From Candidatus Latescibacterota bacterium (GTDB lineage Bacteria; Latescibacterota; UBA2968; UBA8231): a DNA stretch of 64,000 nt. The position numbers and the translations under genes were made by a program. Below, in pieces: positions 26,789 through 39,312 of this stretch (position 1 is the first letter of the stretch; every line of letters begins with the position of its first letter). The notes below the pieces were generated by a model. That model searched no databases and had not been told where the DNA came from. It saw only the letters and a list, made by a program, of their open reading frames with translations. The stretch spans positions 544,001 through 608,000 of the forward strand of contig CBDCDC010000001.1 of the NCBI GenBank assembly GCA_965215195.1. The letters are read 5' to 3'.

Positions 26789-27960
26789 TGATTTTCCTCC
26801 ATCCACTCCGTTAGCGTGAGTATAGGCACATCGGGTGCGATCTCTGAGAATAGCCGGGCCTCGTCAGCACTTAAGAGTGGTTCAGGGTACACGATCGCCG
26901 AGCCGGCCTCGCCTTGGTGAACCGGTAGTGTCGCCAGCGAGATCAGTTCAGGCGGACGAGCCGTGAACAGCACGTTGGGGTACGCCTCACGAAATGGCTC
27001 AACGCGGCAGCACCACAGGTAGGTTCGGAAAACTTCGTCAAGTAGGCATCCGGTGAAGGTGCCGATCCGATCCCGCTGATCCGGGCTCATCCTGACAATC
27101 GGTACGTTGCCCATGTATGGAATGCTACGCTGATCAATATCGCGCAGACAATCGACGACGATCATTGGAACATGACGCCGCTTGGCCTCAATGACTTCTC
27201 GACGGCACCACTCGCGGGATGAGTAGGAGTCCGTGTGCAACACTACGACGGCACTAGTTTCGATCTGATGCAGTATAACCTCCCTGAAGGACAACCCGGC
27301 CGGGATATCATAGACATCGAAAAAACTCGACAAAGAACTGTTCTCATGCAGCCAATCACGGATTCTTTGCGCGACAGGTTCACCGTCATCGTCATGCTTC
27401 GAGTGGCTGATAAAAACTTGGATTTTTTGTAAGTAATCTGCAAGAGACGCTTTCGCCTCCTCTGGTTGGCGGATCAGATCGAGATGATGCCGGAGCATTC
27501 GGTTAAATTCATAGGTAAGATCGCAGACGAGGCGCTGTTCCCGTATCGCATTCGATTCTTCCCAAAGATCCCAGCGCAACGCCTGCTCTTCAAGTTGGAG
27601 TTCACGGCCCCTAGGTTCCATCACTACAGGAAAGAGGCAAGTGAGCAGCCCTCTCGTCTGCGCGTTCCGGGAAAGTTCACGAACATAATTCGCCCATTCT
27701 TGATCGCCAGAGAGCGCGGATTCTACCAGCACGACGACTGCGGTCATTTCTGCTTCTTCCCAATCGATCGGTAGCGGGGCAAGTTCGCCAGGCACCGCTT
27801 CACTACGGTAGATGACGCTCAATCCCGGATCCCCAGCAATGTTTTGATGGAGGTCGCGACCAAAATGCCTGCGAATCAGAGCCGCCACTTCGCCACCGCT
27901 TGCGTATGAGGGATGCCAGACGACGTAAAGAGCGAAAAGTGGGCGAGTTGTTGTTTCCAC
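26785..27960 (-). CDS. TIR-domain protein
   Basis: VFISHSKHD, FFDVYDIPAG, TDSYSSREWCRREV (catalytic Glu); ATGA-coupled to the SLOG gene. Confidence 0.85.
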   Translation of the reverse strand: METTTRPLFALYVVWHPSYASGGEVAALIRRHFGRDLHQNIAGDPGLSVIYRSEAVPGELAPLPIDWEEAEMTAVVVLVESALSGDQEWANYVRELSRNAQTRGLLTCLFPVVMEPRGRELQLEEQALRWDLWEESNAIREQRLVCDLTYEFNRMLRHHLDLIRQPEEAKASLADYLQKIQVFISHSKHDDDGEPVAQRIRDWLHENSSLSSFFDVYDIPAGLSFREVILHQIETSAVVVLHTDSYSSREWCRREVIEAKRRHVPMIVVDCLRDIDQRSIPYMGNVPIVRMSPDQRDRIGTFTGCLLDEVFRTYLWCCRVEPFREAYPNVLFTARPPELISLATLPVHQGEAGSAIVYPEPLLSADEARLFSEIAPDVPILTLTEWMEENQ

Positions 27961-27967
27961 GATTGGT

Positions 27968-29210
27968 TTATCTTCTTTTAAGTGATTGTATTACTTCAAA
28001 ATCGAGATCGGCAACCCGAATCTCACCTGTCATCAGCTTGTGCAGCAGTGCTTTGAACAGGTCGTCCAGCACGGTGCGCTTTCTCCGGTGCAGGTCGATC
28101 TTGCGATCAATGGCGTCGAGAATAGTAGCAATCTCTTTCTGCTCATCGATATTCGTAGTCGCTACAACCTCAATCTGTTCAAATGCGCCCTTGCTTAGAA
28201 TCGGAACCGGACTCCACGAAGCGTGTTTCCGAACATGATCGGCCCAAAACGTTAATAAATAAAAGGTGAATAGTGAATCGAATCTGCCGTTCGGTAGAAC
28301 CGAGTTGATTTGCTGATTGGTCGCACAGATTGGAGATATCGTGTACCCGACCTTACCGATAGTCGAGCCGATGCAGACGAAGCAAGCGGTTCCTGCCGTT
28401 ATTGGCCGTGAACACTTTAGCCCTTGGTCGGTGATGAACTTCTCGGTTTTCTCGATCCTGAAGCCATGCTCAATGTCGCCGGGCGCAATGAACGGAACTT
28501 CTCCCTCAGTATAGTTTGCCGGATCTTTAGTCGGTGGTGTGTTGCCTGTTAAGATCTTCCCAAGTGCCGAAATAGGCATCCGCTCCCAACTCTCTGGCAC
28601 CGGCCCGATCTCCGTCTCCTTCTGCGCCTCGCCCCGCAGGCCGCGGGTGAACAGCGTCCGCATCGCGGCGCGTTTTAGAGCGGTTGCGTTCACTTCACAT
28701 TGGGCTTGATGAAGCAAAGCAGTGCGTATGGTGTTGAGGACAGCGGCAATTTCCCGTTGCTCAGGCAACGGCGGCAGTGGAACTACTTGATCCAAAACGT
28801 CAACATCCCGCACCGCCGGATAGCTTGCCCCCGACTCCATGGCGGCGATGCCCTCCATCACGGACCCAAGCTGTGTGGCGAAGTAGAGAAAATCCGCGTC
28901 AATCGCATCGAGGTCGGGTCGCAGGACACAAAAGGCCGTAGAGACTATTTCACCACTTAGAGACGCCGGTATCTGTGCAATCCGCCGTAGAGTGGGGCGG
29001 ACCGTCGCGAAGATCGTATCCCCGGTCTCGACGATTTTGCGCGCCCGGCTCGGGGCATTGTCCGCCGAATATGTTGCCTCGGAGACGATCCTGAGTTCGT
29101 CCCGCGAAATGGCCGAAACGTCTATGTAACGGATTGATGGGCGAGGATCGCGGCGGGGGTTCCACGTCGATGTGGGAACCGTTACCTCACCCAAGCGACA
29201 TTGGTCCCAT

Positions 29211-29227
<17 letters not shown>
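27968..29227 (-). CDS. hsdS: Type I restriction-modification specificity subunit
   Basis: Two TRDs; conserved [10 protein letters not shown] and [16 protein letters not shown]...LMTGEIRV. Confidence 0.92.
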
Positions 29228-31048
<1,821 letters not shown>

Positions 31049-31067
<19 letters not shown>

Positions 31068-31102
31068 GGCTGTTAATATAACAGAATGCCGATTGTCGTC
31101 AA
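31049..31102 (-). promoter_or_regulatory. hsdM promoter overlapping a perfect 13-bp inverted repeat (candidate operator)
   Basis: attctgttatatt (31049-61) / aatataacagaat (31075-87); TTGACG-16-TATATT ending 7 nt before ATG 31067. Confidence 0.65.
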
Positions 31103-31224
31103 TAGCACCAGTATTATAGGATAAATAAACCGTGTCAATGGGTCGTCTTGCCAATCCTTCCTACTCGTTGCGCCATCTGTGGAATAGGATATTTTTGTTG
31201 AAAATCCAATGAGATATAAACGAT

Positions 31225-32382
31225 ATGCAACAATCTATTCCCCGCTCGGCCCTGCTCTCCGAGGCAGTCAGCGGTCTTGAAGAAGCGCCGACTGTGGCCT
31301 TGCTTGGTGCCCGGCAGGTCGGCAAGACGACGTTGGCGCGACAGGTCGCAGCGGCATGGCCGAGGCGATCAACGGTGTTCGACTTGGAAGTCGCAACCGT
31401 CCGCGAAGCGTTGTCGCAAACGCCGGAAATTTTGTTGCGCAACAGCGAGGGCTTGGTCGTCATCGCTGAGGTGCAACGCCTCCCGGTCCTGTTCGAGGTG
31501 CTGCGCCCGGTGTGCGACGATCCGAACCGGCAGGCCGTCTTTCTGCTGCTCGGCAGCGCCTCTTGGGACTTGATTCAAGGCATCTCCGAGACGCTGGCAG
31601 GGCGGATTCTGTTCGTGGATGTGGGAGGCTTTTCGTTGGAAGAGGTGGGGCCGGAGCACCAAGAGCGGCTCTGGATGCGCGGTGGATTTCCGCGTGCGTG
31701 GCTGGCGCGGTCGGCAGCAGCGTGGAAGCGGTGGATGCAGTCGTTTACGCGCACGTTTCTGGAGCGGGACATTCCCGGGCTGGGTTCCAAGGTGTCGCCG
31801 GAAGCATTGGGCCGCTTCTGGCGCATGCTGGCGCATTACCACGGGCAAACTTGGAACGCTGCGGAACTGGGGCGTTCCATGGATGTGAGCGCCACGGCGG
31901 TGAACCACTACCGCGACCTACTAGCCGGTACCTTTATGATTCGGGTGCTGCCGCCGTGGTTGGAGAACTTGGGCAAGCGGATGGTGAAGTCCCCGAAGGT
32001 TTATCTGCGCGACAGCGGTGTCCTACACTTCCTACTGGGGATTGAAGACATGGCGGAACTGCCCATGCACCCGCGCTACGGCACTAGCTGGGAGGGGTTT
32101 GCACTCGAACAGACGTTGCTCGCGCACGGTCAGGACCAAGCCTATTTCTACGCCACTCAACGCGGTGCCGAGCTGGATCTGCTGTTGCTGCGACGGGGAA
32201 AACGCTGGGGTTTCGAGTTCAAATGCACCGACGCTCCGCGCACGACGAAATCCATGCGCATCGTCATCGAGGATTTAGGGCTCGAGCACCTGTGGGTGAT
32301 CTATCCCGGCGACTTGGAGTACCCGCTCGCGCAGGATATAACGGCCCTGCCGTTGAAGAAAGTTGGCGACCTCGCGTTGTAG
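31225..32382 (+). CDS. AAA_14 plus DUF4143 ATP-binding protein
   Basis: GARQVGKT, LLGSAS, RGGFP, KSPKVYLRDSG, ELDLL..GFEFK; Walker B reads VIAE. Confidence 0.88.
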   Translation: MQQSIPRSALLSEAVSGLEEAPTVALLGARQVGKTTLARQVAAAWPRRSTVFDLEVATVREALSQTPEILLRNSEGLVVIAEVQRLPVLFEVLRPVCDDPNRQAVFLLLGSASWDLIQGISETLAGRILFVDVGGFSLEEVGPEHQERLWMRGGFPRAWLARSAAAWKRWMQSFTRTFLERDIPGLGSKVSPEALGRFWRMLAHYHGQTWNAAELGRSMDVSATAVNHYRDLLAGTFMIRVLPPWLENLGKRMVKSPKVYLRDSGVLHFLLGIEDMAELPMHPRYGTSWEGFALEQTLLAHGQDQAYFYATQRGAELDLLLLRRGKRWGFEFKCTDAPRTTKSMRIVIEDLGLEHLWVIYPGDLEYPLAQDITALPLKKVGDLAL

Positions 32383-32418
32383 GCGACGAGGGGTTGCGCC
32401 AAAACCTAGTGGCCGGTT

Positions 32419-33849
32419 TCACATCTCTAGCTGCTGGCGCAACAATTCTTGCACGAGCTGCGGGTTGGCCTTTCCCCGCGTCGCCCGCATCACTTGACCC
32501 ATTAGAAATTGCACGGTTTTGTGGTTGCCGCCCTTGATTTTTGCGACGGCGTCGGGATGCGCGGCGATCACCTCGGCCACCGCTTGGTCGAGTTCCCCGC
32601 TGTCGGAGATTTGCCCTAGGCCGCGTGCAGCGACAATCTCGGCCGGCGAGCCGCCCTGTTCCCACAGTTGGCCAAAGACTTCGCGGGCCGCGTTTTGGTT
32701 GATCGCGCCCCTTTTGACTAAGGAGAGCAACTCCGCGAGCGCGGCTGGCTGGACCTCGACGTCCTCAATCGACCGGCCCTCGGCGTTGAGGCGGCGAAAA
32801 ACTTCCCCGGTGATCCAGTGGCCCACCTGTTTGGGGTCTGCGCCTCGTATCTGTGCGGCCTCTTCGAAATACGCAGCTACGGCTTGGTCTTCGACCAAGT
32901 CGGCGATCTCCTGTGGGTTGAGTTCGTAGGTAGCGGCAAAGCGCACGGCCTTGGCCGCCGGCAGCTCGGGTACGCTGGCGCGGACTCTGGCGATCCACTC
33001 GTCGTCTAACTCCGCGACGAGCAGGTCTGGCTCCGGGAAGTAGCGGTAGTCGTCCGAGGTCTCTTTGCTGCGCTGCGGACGAGTGATATTGGCGCGTTCG
33101 TCCCAGCCCATGGTCTCTTGCTGGACGTGGCCGCCGGCTTCGACAATGCGTTGCTGGCGCTCGGCTTCGCAGGCGATGGCGCTGCGCACGGCGCGGAAGG
33201 AATTGAGGTTTTTGACCTCGACCTTGGTGCCCAATTCGCGGCTTCCCACAGGTCGGATCGAGATGTTGGCCTCGCAGCGCATGGCCCCTTTCTCCATGTC
33301 GCCAGAGGACGCGCCTAGGTAGCGGACGATCTGGCGGATCTGGGTCAGGTACGCATAGCTCTCGTCGGCCGAGCGGAGCGAGGAGTCGGTGACGATTTCC
33401 ATCAGAGGTACGCCGGCGCGGTTGTAGTCTATCAGGCTAGCGCGGCCGGCGTGCTGGAGCTTGCCGGTGTCCTCTTCGAGGTGGACGCGGACGACCCCGA
33501 TCTGCTTGGGGCCGCTCTCGCTGTCGATCTCGATCCAACCGCTCTCGCACAGGGGTTGCTCGTATTGCGAGATCTGGTAGCCCTTGGGCAAGTCGGGATA
33601 GACGTAGTTTTTGCGCGCAAAGACGCTGCGGGGCTTGATTTGGCAATGGAGGGCCATGCCGGTCATAACCGTCAGCTCGACAGCGCGACTGTTGATCGCG
33701 GGCAAGGCACCGGGCTGGCCGGTACACACCGGGCAGATATGGGCGTTGGCCGCCACCTGAAAGTGATCGGCCGCGCAGGCGCAAAACATCTTGGAGGCGG
33801 TTTGCAACTCGACGTGGACTTCCATGCCGATGACGGTTTCGTAGCGCAA
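32419..33849 (-). CDS. gatB: Asp-tRNA(Asn)/Glu-tRNA(Gln) amidotransferase subunit B
   Basis: [52 protein letters not shown]. Confidence 0.97.
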   Translation of the reverse strand: MRYETVIGMEVHVELQTASKMFCACAADHFQVAANAHICPVCTGQPGALPAINSRAVELTVMTGMALHCQIKPRSVFARKNYVYPDLPKGYQISQYEQPLCESGWIEIDSESGPKQIGVVRVHLEEDTGKLQHAGRASLIDYNRAGVPLMEIVTDSSLRSADESYAYLTQIRQIVRYLGASSGDMEKGAMRCEANISIRPVGSRELGTKVEVKNLNSFRAVRSAIACEAERQQRIVEAGGHVQQETMGWDERANITRPQRSKETSDDYRYFPEPDLLVAELDDEWIARVRASVPELPAAKAVRFAATYELNPQEIADLVEDQAVAAYFEEAAQIRGADPKQVGHWITGEVFRRLNAEGRSIEDVEVQPAALAELLSLVKRGAINQNAAREVFGQLWEQGGSPAEIVAARGLGQISDSGELDQAVAEVIAAHPDAVAKIKGGNHKTVQFLMGQVMRATRGKANPQLVQELLRQQLEM

Positions 33850-33912
33850 GGGGTGCTCCTTGGGGCGTTAGTAGGTTAGGGCGCGTTGATAGGCTCTGTA
33901 TCGTAGCGACCG

Positions 33913-34449
33913 CTATAACAAGCCTTTTTCTTTAATCAGCTCATTGGAAATCCCCGATTTTACTTGAATGCCTTTGTAACTCCAGTTCGTTAGAACCGTA
34001 CGTGCTTTTTTGGGGACTACAATAGCATTCACCGCTTCTCCGTAGCGGCCAGTGGAATTATACTCCCAGATCAAGATAATCATTCGATAGGGCAATTTCC
34101 CCGTTTTTGCTTGCCTTTCAGTCAGTGGCGCAACAGTAAAGGTCAGGGTTGAGCGGTCGCTGCGTACCGTCTTTAGGTCAAAGTTCAAGGGCTCTTCAAA
34201 GTCGGGACTTTGGGAATCGTTCCGAGCAAACTTAAAGTCCTGTTCGATGAAAAATTCTGCCAAGTCTTTTTCCCAGAGCTTGCTATTCCCCTGTCGCTCT
34301 TGGGGGTCTTCTATCTGAATGGTGCGCTTTGCAAGCAAGTATTCGAGAATCAGGTCTTCTAATTTTTTCAATGGAATTTCTGTGTGCTTGGGACGCAAGT
34401 ACTTGAGAATGAGTCTGCCCAATTTTTTGAATGGAATCGCCATTAGCAT
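33913..34449 (-). CDS. Putative small PD-(D/E)XK restriction endonuclease
   Basis: WEK...SPDF..FDLKTV; directly downstream of an MTase; low GC. Confidence 0.55.
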   Translation of the reverse strand: MLMAIPFKKLGRLILKYLRPKHTEIPLKKLEDLILEYLLAKRTIQIEDPQERQGNSKLWEKDLAEFFIEQDFKFARNDSQSPDFEEPLNFDLKTVRSDRSTLTFTVAPLTERQAKTGKLPYRMIILIWEYNSTGRYGEAVNAIVVPKKARTVLTNWSYKGIQVKSGISNELIKEKGLL

Positions 34450-34459
34450 CCCGATCAAT

Positions 34460-36985
34460 TCACTCTGACCCGTTTTTGGACATTTTTGGACGGACTTTAG
34501 TCCAACGAAACATGATCGCCTCATTCAGAGCGGCCTTGATTTCCTTTTGGAAGCTGTGAATTTTATCGCCGCTGTACCCAAACCCTCTTAAAAATAGCTC
34601 GTCAATTTGGTTGATGAGGCGATGGGCTTTTTCGTCTTTTCGGTCTTGAACAGCCAAAATGGGATCCATGATGTTCAGTAATTCTTCTCTTATGTTTGAA
34701 GGAAATGAAGCAAAATCGGGACACGGCAAATTGTTGAGGTGACCAACTTGGATTTTCAACATAAAGCTACCATCAAATCGCGCACGGTGAAGTCCGCTAC
34801 CCTCTAGCAATAGATGGGCAATTCTACTAGAGAGAAACAGAAAGAGGAGCATGTCGAGCTCGTGGTCTCCAGAGGGTTCGATAACTTGAAATTGATCGGT
34901 TGCATAAATGCTAAATTTGTTCCAGAAGACGCCAATGGTTGTATCGACGATACATTGAACAGCAATGGCTGGAGGGTTGGGCAGCGAGAGTGTATACCAC
35001 TCTGGGTAATGGCCTTTAATGGACATTCGATTAGCCAAGTTTTCGGCTCTAGCGCCGTATTCCTGAATGTACTTGAAAACGGGTTCGCTTTCGTTTACTC
35101 GACTGTATAAGTTCAGCAATCTAAAGGGAGTGCGCCGAGGAATGACAAAGCCGCGCAGGCCACGCGAATTTTTTACTGCGGCGACCAAGTGCTTAGGGGA
35201 AACGTTTGCGAAAAAGTTCAGAAATGGCTCGCGATCTTCTCGCAACAGAAAAAAGGCATTCCAACCTGTTTTTACGCCCATTTTAGTTCGAGTATATCGA
35301 GACAATGTAGCAGGGCAAAGGGAAATCAACTCTTTGCGGGTTTGCGTTTGAAAGAAAAGCGTCTCGGTCCAGTTATCAGAGCGTGCGAGTTCCCGCCGTT
35401 TTACGGGGCGGCCCTCAGTTGTACTCAGAGGCTGTTTCCAATCAGAAAGATGACTAAAGAGAAGACTGTCACCATCAGGTTTACCTCGGTTTAAGGTCAG
35501 GATGACGGTATTCGCTTTCGCCTTCATACCCGATTGGGTAAAGGGGTGGGTATGCAGTGTGAATACATGGCGTAAATCGACCTCGTTGGTCAAGTGATGC
35601 CGTATGGATTTTCCGTACTTAGTATCAAAGAAGTTGCGAGACGTGATATACGATAGGACTCCCTCGCGATTGAGGATTTCAATGCCGCGCAATATGAAGA
35701 ACGTGCTTAAGTCCGATGTAGGTTTAAGCGGGTAGGTAGGATTAGCGGCATTCCAATGCTCGATGAATTCGCGTTTGCCGCGAATGCTATTCTGCTGGCT
35801 TAGAGGGACGAAAGGCGGGTTTCCCAGAGAAATATCAAATCCGTCAAACTGGCTCAGAAAAGACCGCACGTCTGCTTGCCTCAGAGCAGCAGGTGCGTCA
35901 TCAAATATGGAGAGTTGGTAACTAGGACTGGAGGACGAAAGCGGGACGAGGGCATTGCCTACTCTTAGGTTGTTCAGAGGTGCTAAGGCGCAATTTGGCG
36001 GCGAGGTGGATAACAGTGCTCGCTCCAGTAGCCACAGACGCAATTTGGCTAAATCGAGGGCTTGGGGCGCAATATCTATCCCGTAGATGTTTTGCTCGAA
36101 TATCTTTCTTATGATAGGTGCCTTAGAACAGTTGTTTGTGTGCAATAGGGAGGTAAACTGAAAAAAGTCCACGAGAACGTTCGCGGCCGCTACCAGAAAG
36201 GCCCCAGCCCCTACTGCCGGGTCAATTATCCGTACGGTTTTCAGCGAGCGCTCGATCCAAACGAGGACATCGGGGTGGCGGTTTGCATAGCTCCGGCGAG
36301 CTGCTTTATCAGTGCGTGAGAAAGCCTGCAAGAGCAGGTCGGCAGTCTTAAATTCTCTGGTATATTTGCTTAGCAACCAGTTTTCAATGGCGTGGCGGGC
36401 AATGTTATAACAAAGGTCGTCGGGCGTAAAATACGTTCCTGTCTCCTTGCGATTGATGCCGCGTTCGTATAGATAACCTAATATCCATGGCTCGATGTTG
36501 GGCAGAAGATTCTCATCGGGTGTTGTATCAGTAGTGGAAAGATGCCAATTGTACTTGGGAAAAACGCCACATATAAGTTGATGTAACCGCTCGCTATTAA
36601 CTGTTGTCGCCGCAGTAAAGGGCAGTGCAAACACCGCTTTGTCCAGATAGGGGAGCCCTTGAAAAAGTGGATGCTCGCTAAACGCCGGCGTTCTGCAATC
36701 GAGAGGAACGGAGAGAATTTGATCGAATAATATCTCGACGAAGTCCTCGTAGAGGTCCTGCCCCTTTGCGAGTATCATTTGCGCGGCGTTCTGAAGATAG
36801 TTTTCCCTCTTTGTTCCCAAGTATCCATTTTCTTGTAAAAACTGTACGAATATCAGACGTGATACGATAGCGACTTCCGCCGCATTCCGCTCGGGTCCCT
36901 GCACAATAAGCCCCGGCGCATGTTTTTTGAGATCGCCAAATAAAAGCAGTGAGCTATCCTGCGTTTCGTTTGCTCGCTGGGGCAT
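34460..36985 (-). CDS. Gamma-class N6-adenine DNA methyltransferase (Eco57I/TaqI-like MTase domain)
   Basis: GTYFTP, IIDPAVGAGAFL, IYGIDI, GNAL, FDISLGNPPF. Confidence 0.88.
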   Translation of the reverse strand: MPQRANETQDSSLLLFGDLKKHAPGLIVQGPERNAAEVAIVSRLIFVQFLQENGYLGTKRENYLQNAAQMILAKGQDLYEDFVEILFDQILSVPLDCRTPAFSEHPLFQGLPYLDKAVFALPFTAATTVNSERLHQLICGVFPKYNWHLSTTDTTPDENLLPNIEPWILGYLYERGINRKETGTYFTPDDLCYNIARHAIENWLLSKYTREFKTADLLLQAFSRTDKAARRSYANRHPDVLVWIERSLKTVRIIDPAVGAGAFLVAAANVLVDFFQFTSLLHTNNCSKAPIIRKIFEQNIYGIDIAPQALDLAKLRLWLLERALLSTSPPNCALAPLNNLRVGNALVPLSSSSPSYQLSIFDDAPAALRQADVRSFLSQFDGFDISLGNPPFVPLSQQNSIRGKREFIEHWNAANPTYPLKPTSDLSTFFILRGIEILNREGVLSYITSRNFFDTKYGKSIRHHLTNEVDLRHVFTLHTHPFTQSGMKAKANTVILTLNRGKPDGDSLLFSHLSDWKQPLSTTEGRPVKRRELARSDNWTETLFFQTQTRKELISLCPATLSRYTRTKMGVKTGWNAFFLLREDREPFLNFFANVSPKHLVAAVKNSRGLRGFVIPRRTPFRLLNLYSRVNESEPVFKYIQEYGARAENLANRMSIKGHYPEWYTLSLPNPPAIAVQCIVDTTIGVFWNKFSIYATDQFQVIEPSGDHELDMLLFLFLSSRIAHLLLEGSGLHRARFDGSFMLKIQVGHLNNLPCPDFASFPSNIREELLNIMDPILAVQDRKDEKAHRLINQIDELFLRGFGYSGDKIHSFQKEIKAALNEAIMFRWTKVRPKMSKNGSE

Positions 36986-36988
36986 TTT

Positions 36989-38866
36989 TCAGGCAAAGAG
37001 GACGTGCTGGCGGAGGAAGGCCTCGCAGGCTTGGTAGAAGGCCCGCACCGTCTCGGGTTTGCGCCAGCCATGGCCCTCGCCTTCGTACAGATGATAGACG
37101 TGCGGTATGTTGCGCCGGCGCAACGAGGCCGCGATCTCCGCGGCTTGGGCCGGGGGCACGACTTGGTCATCGGTCCCCTGAAAGATGGCGATTGGGTCGC
37201 GTAGCTGGTCAGCGGCGTAGATCGGCGAGCGCTCGCGATAGACTTCAGCCGCTTCGGGCAGCGGGCCGATCATGGAGTCGAGGTAGCGGGATTCAAATTT
37301 GTGGGTGTCTGCGGCGAGAGTGAAGAGGTTGGCCACGCCGTACAGGCAGATGCCAGCGCGGAAAAAGCCGGGCCGCGTGGTGAGCGCCCGCAAGACCGTG
37401 TAGCCACCGGCACTGCCGCCCATGATGACGAGGCGCTCCGGGTCGGCGAGGCCGCTGGCGACGAGGTGCTGGGCACCGCCGCTGGCGTCTTCGACATCGA
37501 GGAGGCCCCAACGGGTGCGCAGGGCACTCATGTACGCTCGGCCCCGGCCGGTGCTCCCTCGGTAGTCAATGTCGAGGACGGCAAAGCCACGAGTAGCAAA
37601 AAACTGATTGGTGGCCTCAAAGCCGGTCTCGACTTGGCCGGTGGGGCCGCCGTGGATTACGACGATCAGCGGCGGTCGGCCTTGGCCGGTAAAGCGGCGG
37701 CTGGCCGGAGGATAGTACAGCCCGTGAACTGGCGTGGCGTCTTCGCTGGCCCAAGAAACCGGCTCGGGCGTGGAGAGATCGGCCGGGGCCAGCGACTCGC
37801 TGGCCGAGCGAGCGCGGACTGTTACTTGGGTGGGAGTACCGGCGACAATGCGGGCGGGGATCGCGCTGGCCGCGGCAATGCAGGCCAAACCCTTGCCGCG
37901 CGGGGCCGCAGCGAGCTGTTCGATGTGGGTGTACGCGGCCAGCGCCTCGACCCTGGCGACCGCCCCACTGGCGAAGTCGAGCGCGTAGGCTAGGCGCTGG
38001 GCGTTCTCGCTGCGCACGAAATACAAGGTGCGGCTATCGGCGGCCCACGCGAATGCCCGCAGACCCTGCACCCAAGCAGGACCGGCGACGTCGCTGGCGT
38101 CCTCGCACAGGCAGCGCGTGGCACGGCTGGCGAGGTCGCAGCACCAGAGGTTGCTGTAGCCGCGTTCGTCCGAGGCATAGGCCAGATAGCGGCCATCGGG
38201 CGAAAAACAAGGCTGGGCAATGGCAGTGTCCGCGTCGCCGGCAAGTACCTCGGTTGTGCGCAGGCTGGGCAGCCCGTGGCGGCTGCGCGCAAGCTGGCCC
38301 AGCACTAGGCGGGTGCCGTCCCAAGGCATTTGCGGATGATCCCACTCGATCCAGGCCAAGCGGTCGCCTCTGGGGTGCCAAGCTGGCTGCATGTAGAAGT
38401 CGGCCCCCTCCGCGAGGATTTGCGGCCAAAAGCGCCCGGCCACATCGACGATGGCTAAGGTGTCGCGGCCCTCGTAACTGTGGACGTACGCGAGATGACG
38501 CCCTGTTGGCGCAGGCGCAGGAGACGCAGCGTGGCCAAACTGGGGGGTGATCGACTGGGCTGAGCCGCCGGCTAGCGGCTGGCGGTACAGGCGACCGCCG
38601 TGCTCGACGAAGTACGCGTGGCCGCGGGCTACGGCGAAGTCGCCGCCGCCGTAGCCGACTTGAGCGCGCACCGAGAGTGCGGCGTTGAGGTCGCGCGGGG
38701 CAGTGCCCGGCTCTTGGCAGACGAGCACGCCCTGTGGTCCTCGGCCCTCCAGCCACACGAGGGTGCGGCCGTCGGCATCCCAAGCCACATCGCGGAGGCG
38801 CGTGGAGTTGGCCAACTCGTCGGGCGAGAGTGCGCTCGGCCACAAGCCAAAGGGGCGGACTTCCAC
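36989..38866 (-). CDS. S9-family (prolyl oligopeptidase-like) peptidase
   Basis: HGGPT, GGSAGG, FQGTDDQVVP, GEGHGW; beta-propeller N-terminus. Confidence 0.92.
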   Translation of the reverse strand: MEVRPFGLWPSALSPDELANSTRLRDVAWDADGRTLVWLEGRGPQGVLVCQEPGTAPRDLNAALSVRAQVGYGGGDFAVARGHAYFVEHGGRLYRQPLAGGSAQSITPQFGHAASPAPAPTGRHLAYVHSYEGRDTLAIVDVAGRFWPQILAEGADFYMQPAWHPRGDRLAWIEWDHPQMPWDGTRLVLGQLARSRHGLPSLRTTEVLAGDADTAIAQPCFSPDGRYLAYASDERGYSNLWCCDLASRATRCLCEDASDVAGPAWVQGLRAFAWAADSRTLYFVRSENAQRLAYALDFASGAVARVEALAAYTHIEQLAAAPRGKGLACIAAASAIPARIVAGTPTQVTVRARSASESLAPADLSTPEPVSWASEDATPVHGLYYPPASRRFTGQGRPPLIVVIHGGPTGQVETGFEATNQFFATRGFAVLDIDYRGSTGRGRAYMSALRTRWGLLDVEDASGGAQHLVASGLADPERLVIMGGSAGGYTVLRALTTRPGFFRAGICLYGVANLFTLAADTHKFESRYLDSMIGPLPEAAEVYRERSPIYAADQLRDPIAIFQGTDDQVVPPAQAAEIAASLRRRNIPHVYHLYEGEGHGWRKPETVRAFYQACEAFLRQHVLFA

Positions 38867-39241
38867 TCAGCGTTGCTCCATTAGCTCGATCTTGACGTGG
38901 TCCGGGCCATTGATAAAGACGATGCGGCTGCCGTCATCGAGCGTCACCGGCCCCATCCAGATCTCGACGCCGTGCTCGGCGATGTCGGCGAGGGTTTGAT
39001 CGAAGTCGTCGGAGACGAGCGCAAGGTGGTCATAGCCCTGATAGCGCCCCAATTCCATCGGGGCAAACTCGCGGTCCGTGACCGTGATTTGCACCGCGCC
39101 AATGTGAACCGGGACCCACGTCGCACCGCCGCGCTCAAAGGGCGGATCGCTGGTGGCGCCGAAGAGCTTTTTGTACCAGGCGACCGCGGCCTGGACGTCG
39201 CCGGCCTCGTGGTGGATGTGGTTGAAGGTGTAGTTGGGCAT
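38867..39241 (-). CDS. VOC/glyoxalase family protein
   Basis: FNHIH, YDHLAL, FINGPDHVKIELME. Confidence 0.88.
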   Translation of the reverse strand: MPNYTFNHIHHEAGDVQAAVAWYKKLFGATSDPPFERGGATWVPVHIGAVQITVTDREFAPMELGRYQGYDHLALVSDDFDQTLADIAEHGVEIWMGPVTLDDGSRIVFINGPDHVKIELMEQR

Positions 39242-39312
39242 GGGGAATCCTTTCTTTTGTGCGCCCGAAAGTTCGCAAAAAGGGCACTACTGTCAAGGGA
39301 GCTTAGCTCGCG

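Noticed and set aside
31113-31138. Perfect TTGACA and TATAAT boxes upstream of hsdM (minus strand)
   Set aside because: Spacer is only 14 bp, unlikely to work as a standard sigma70 promoter
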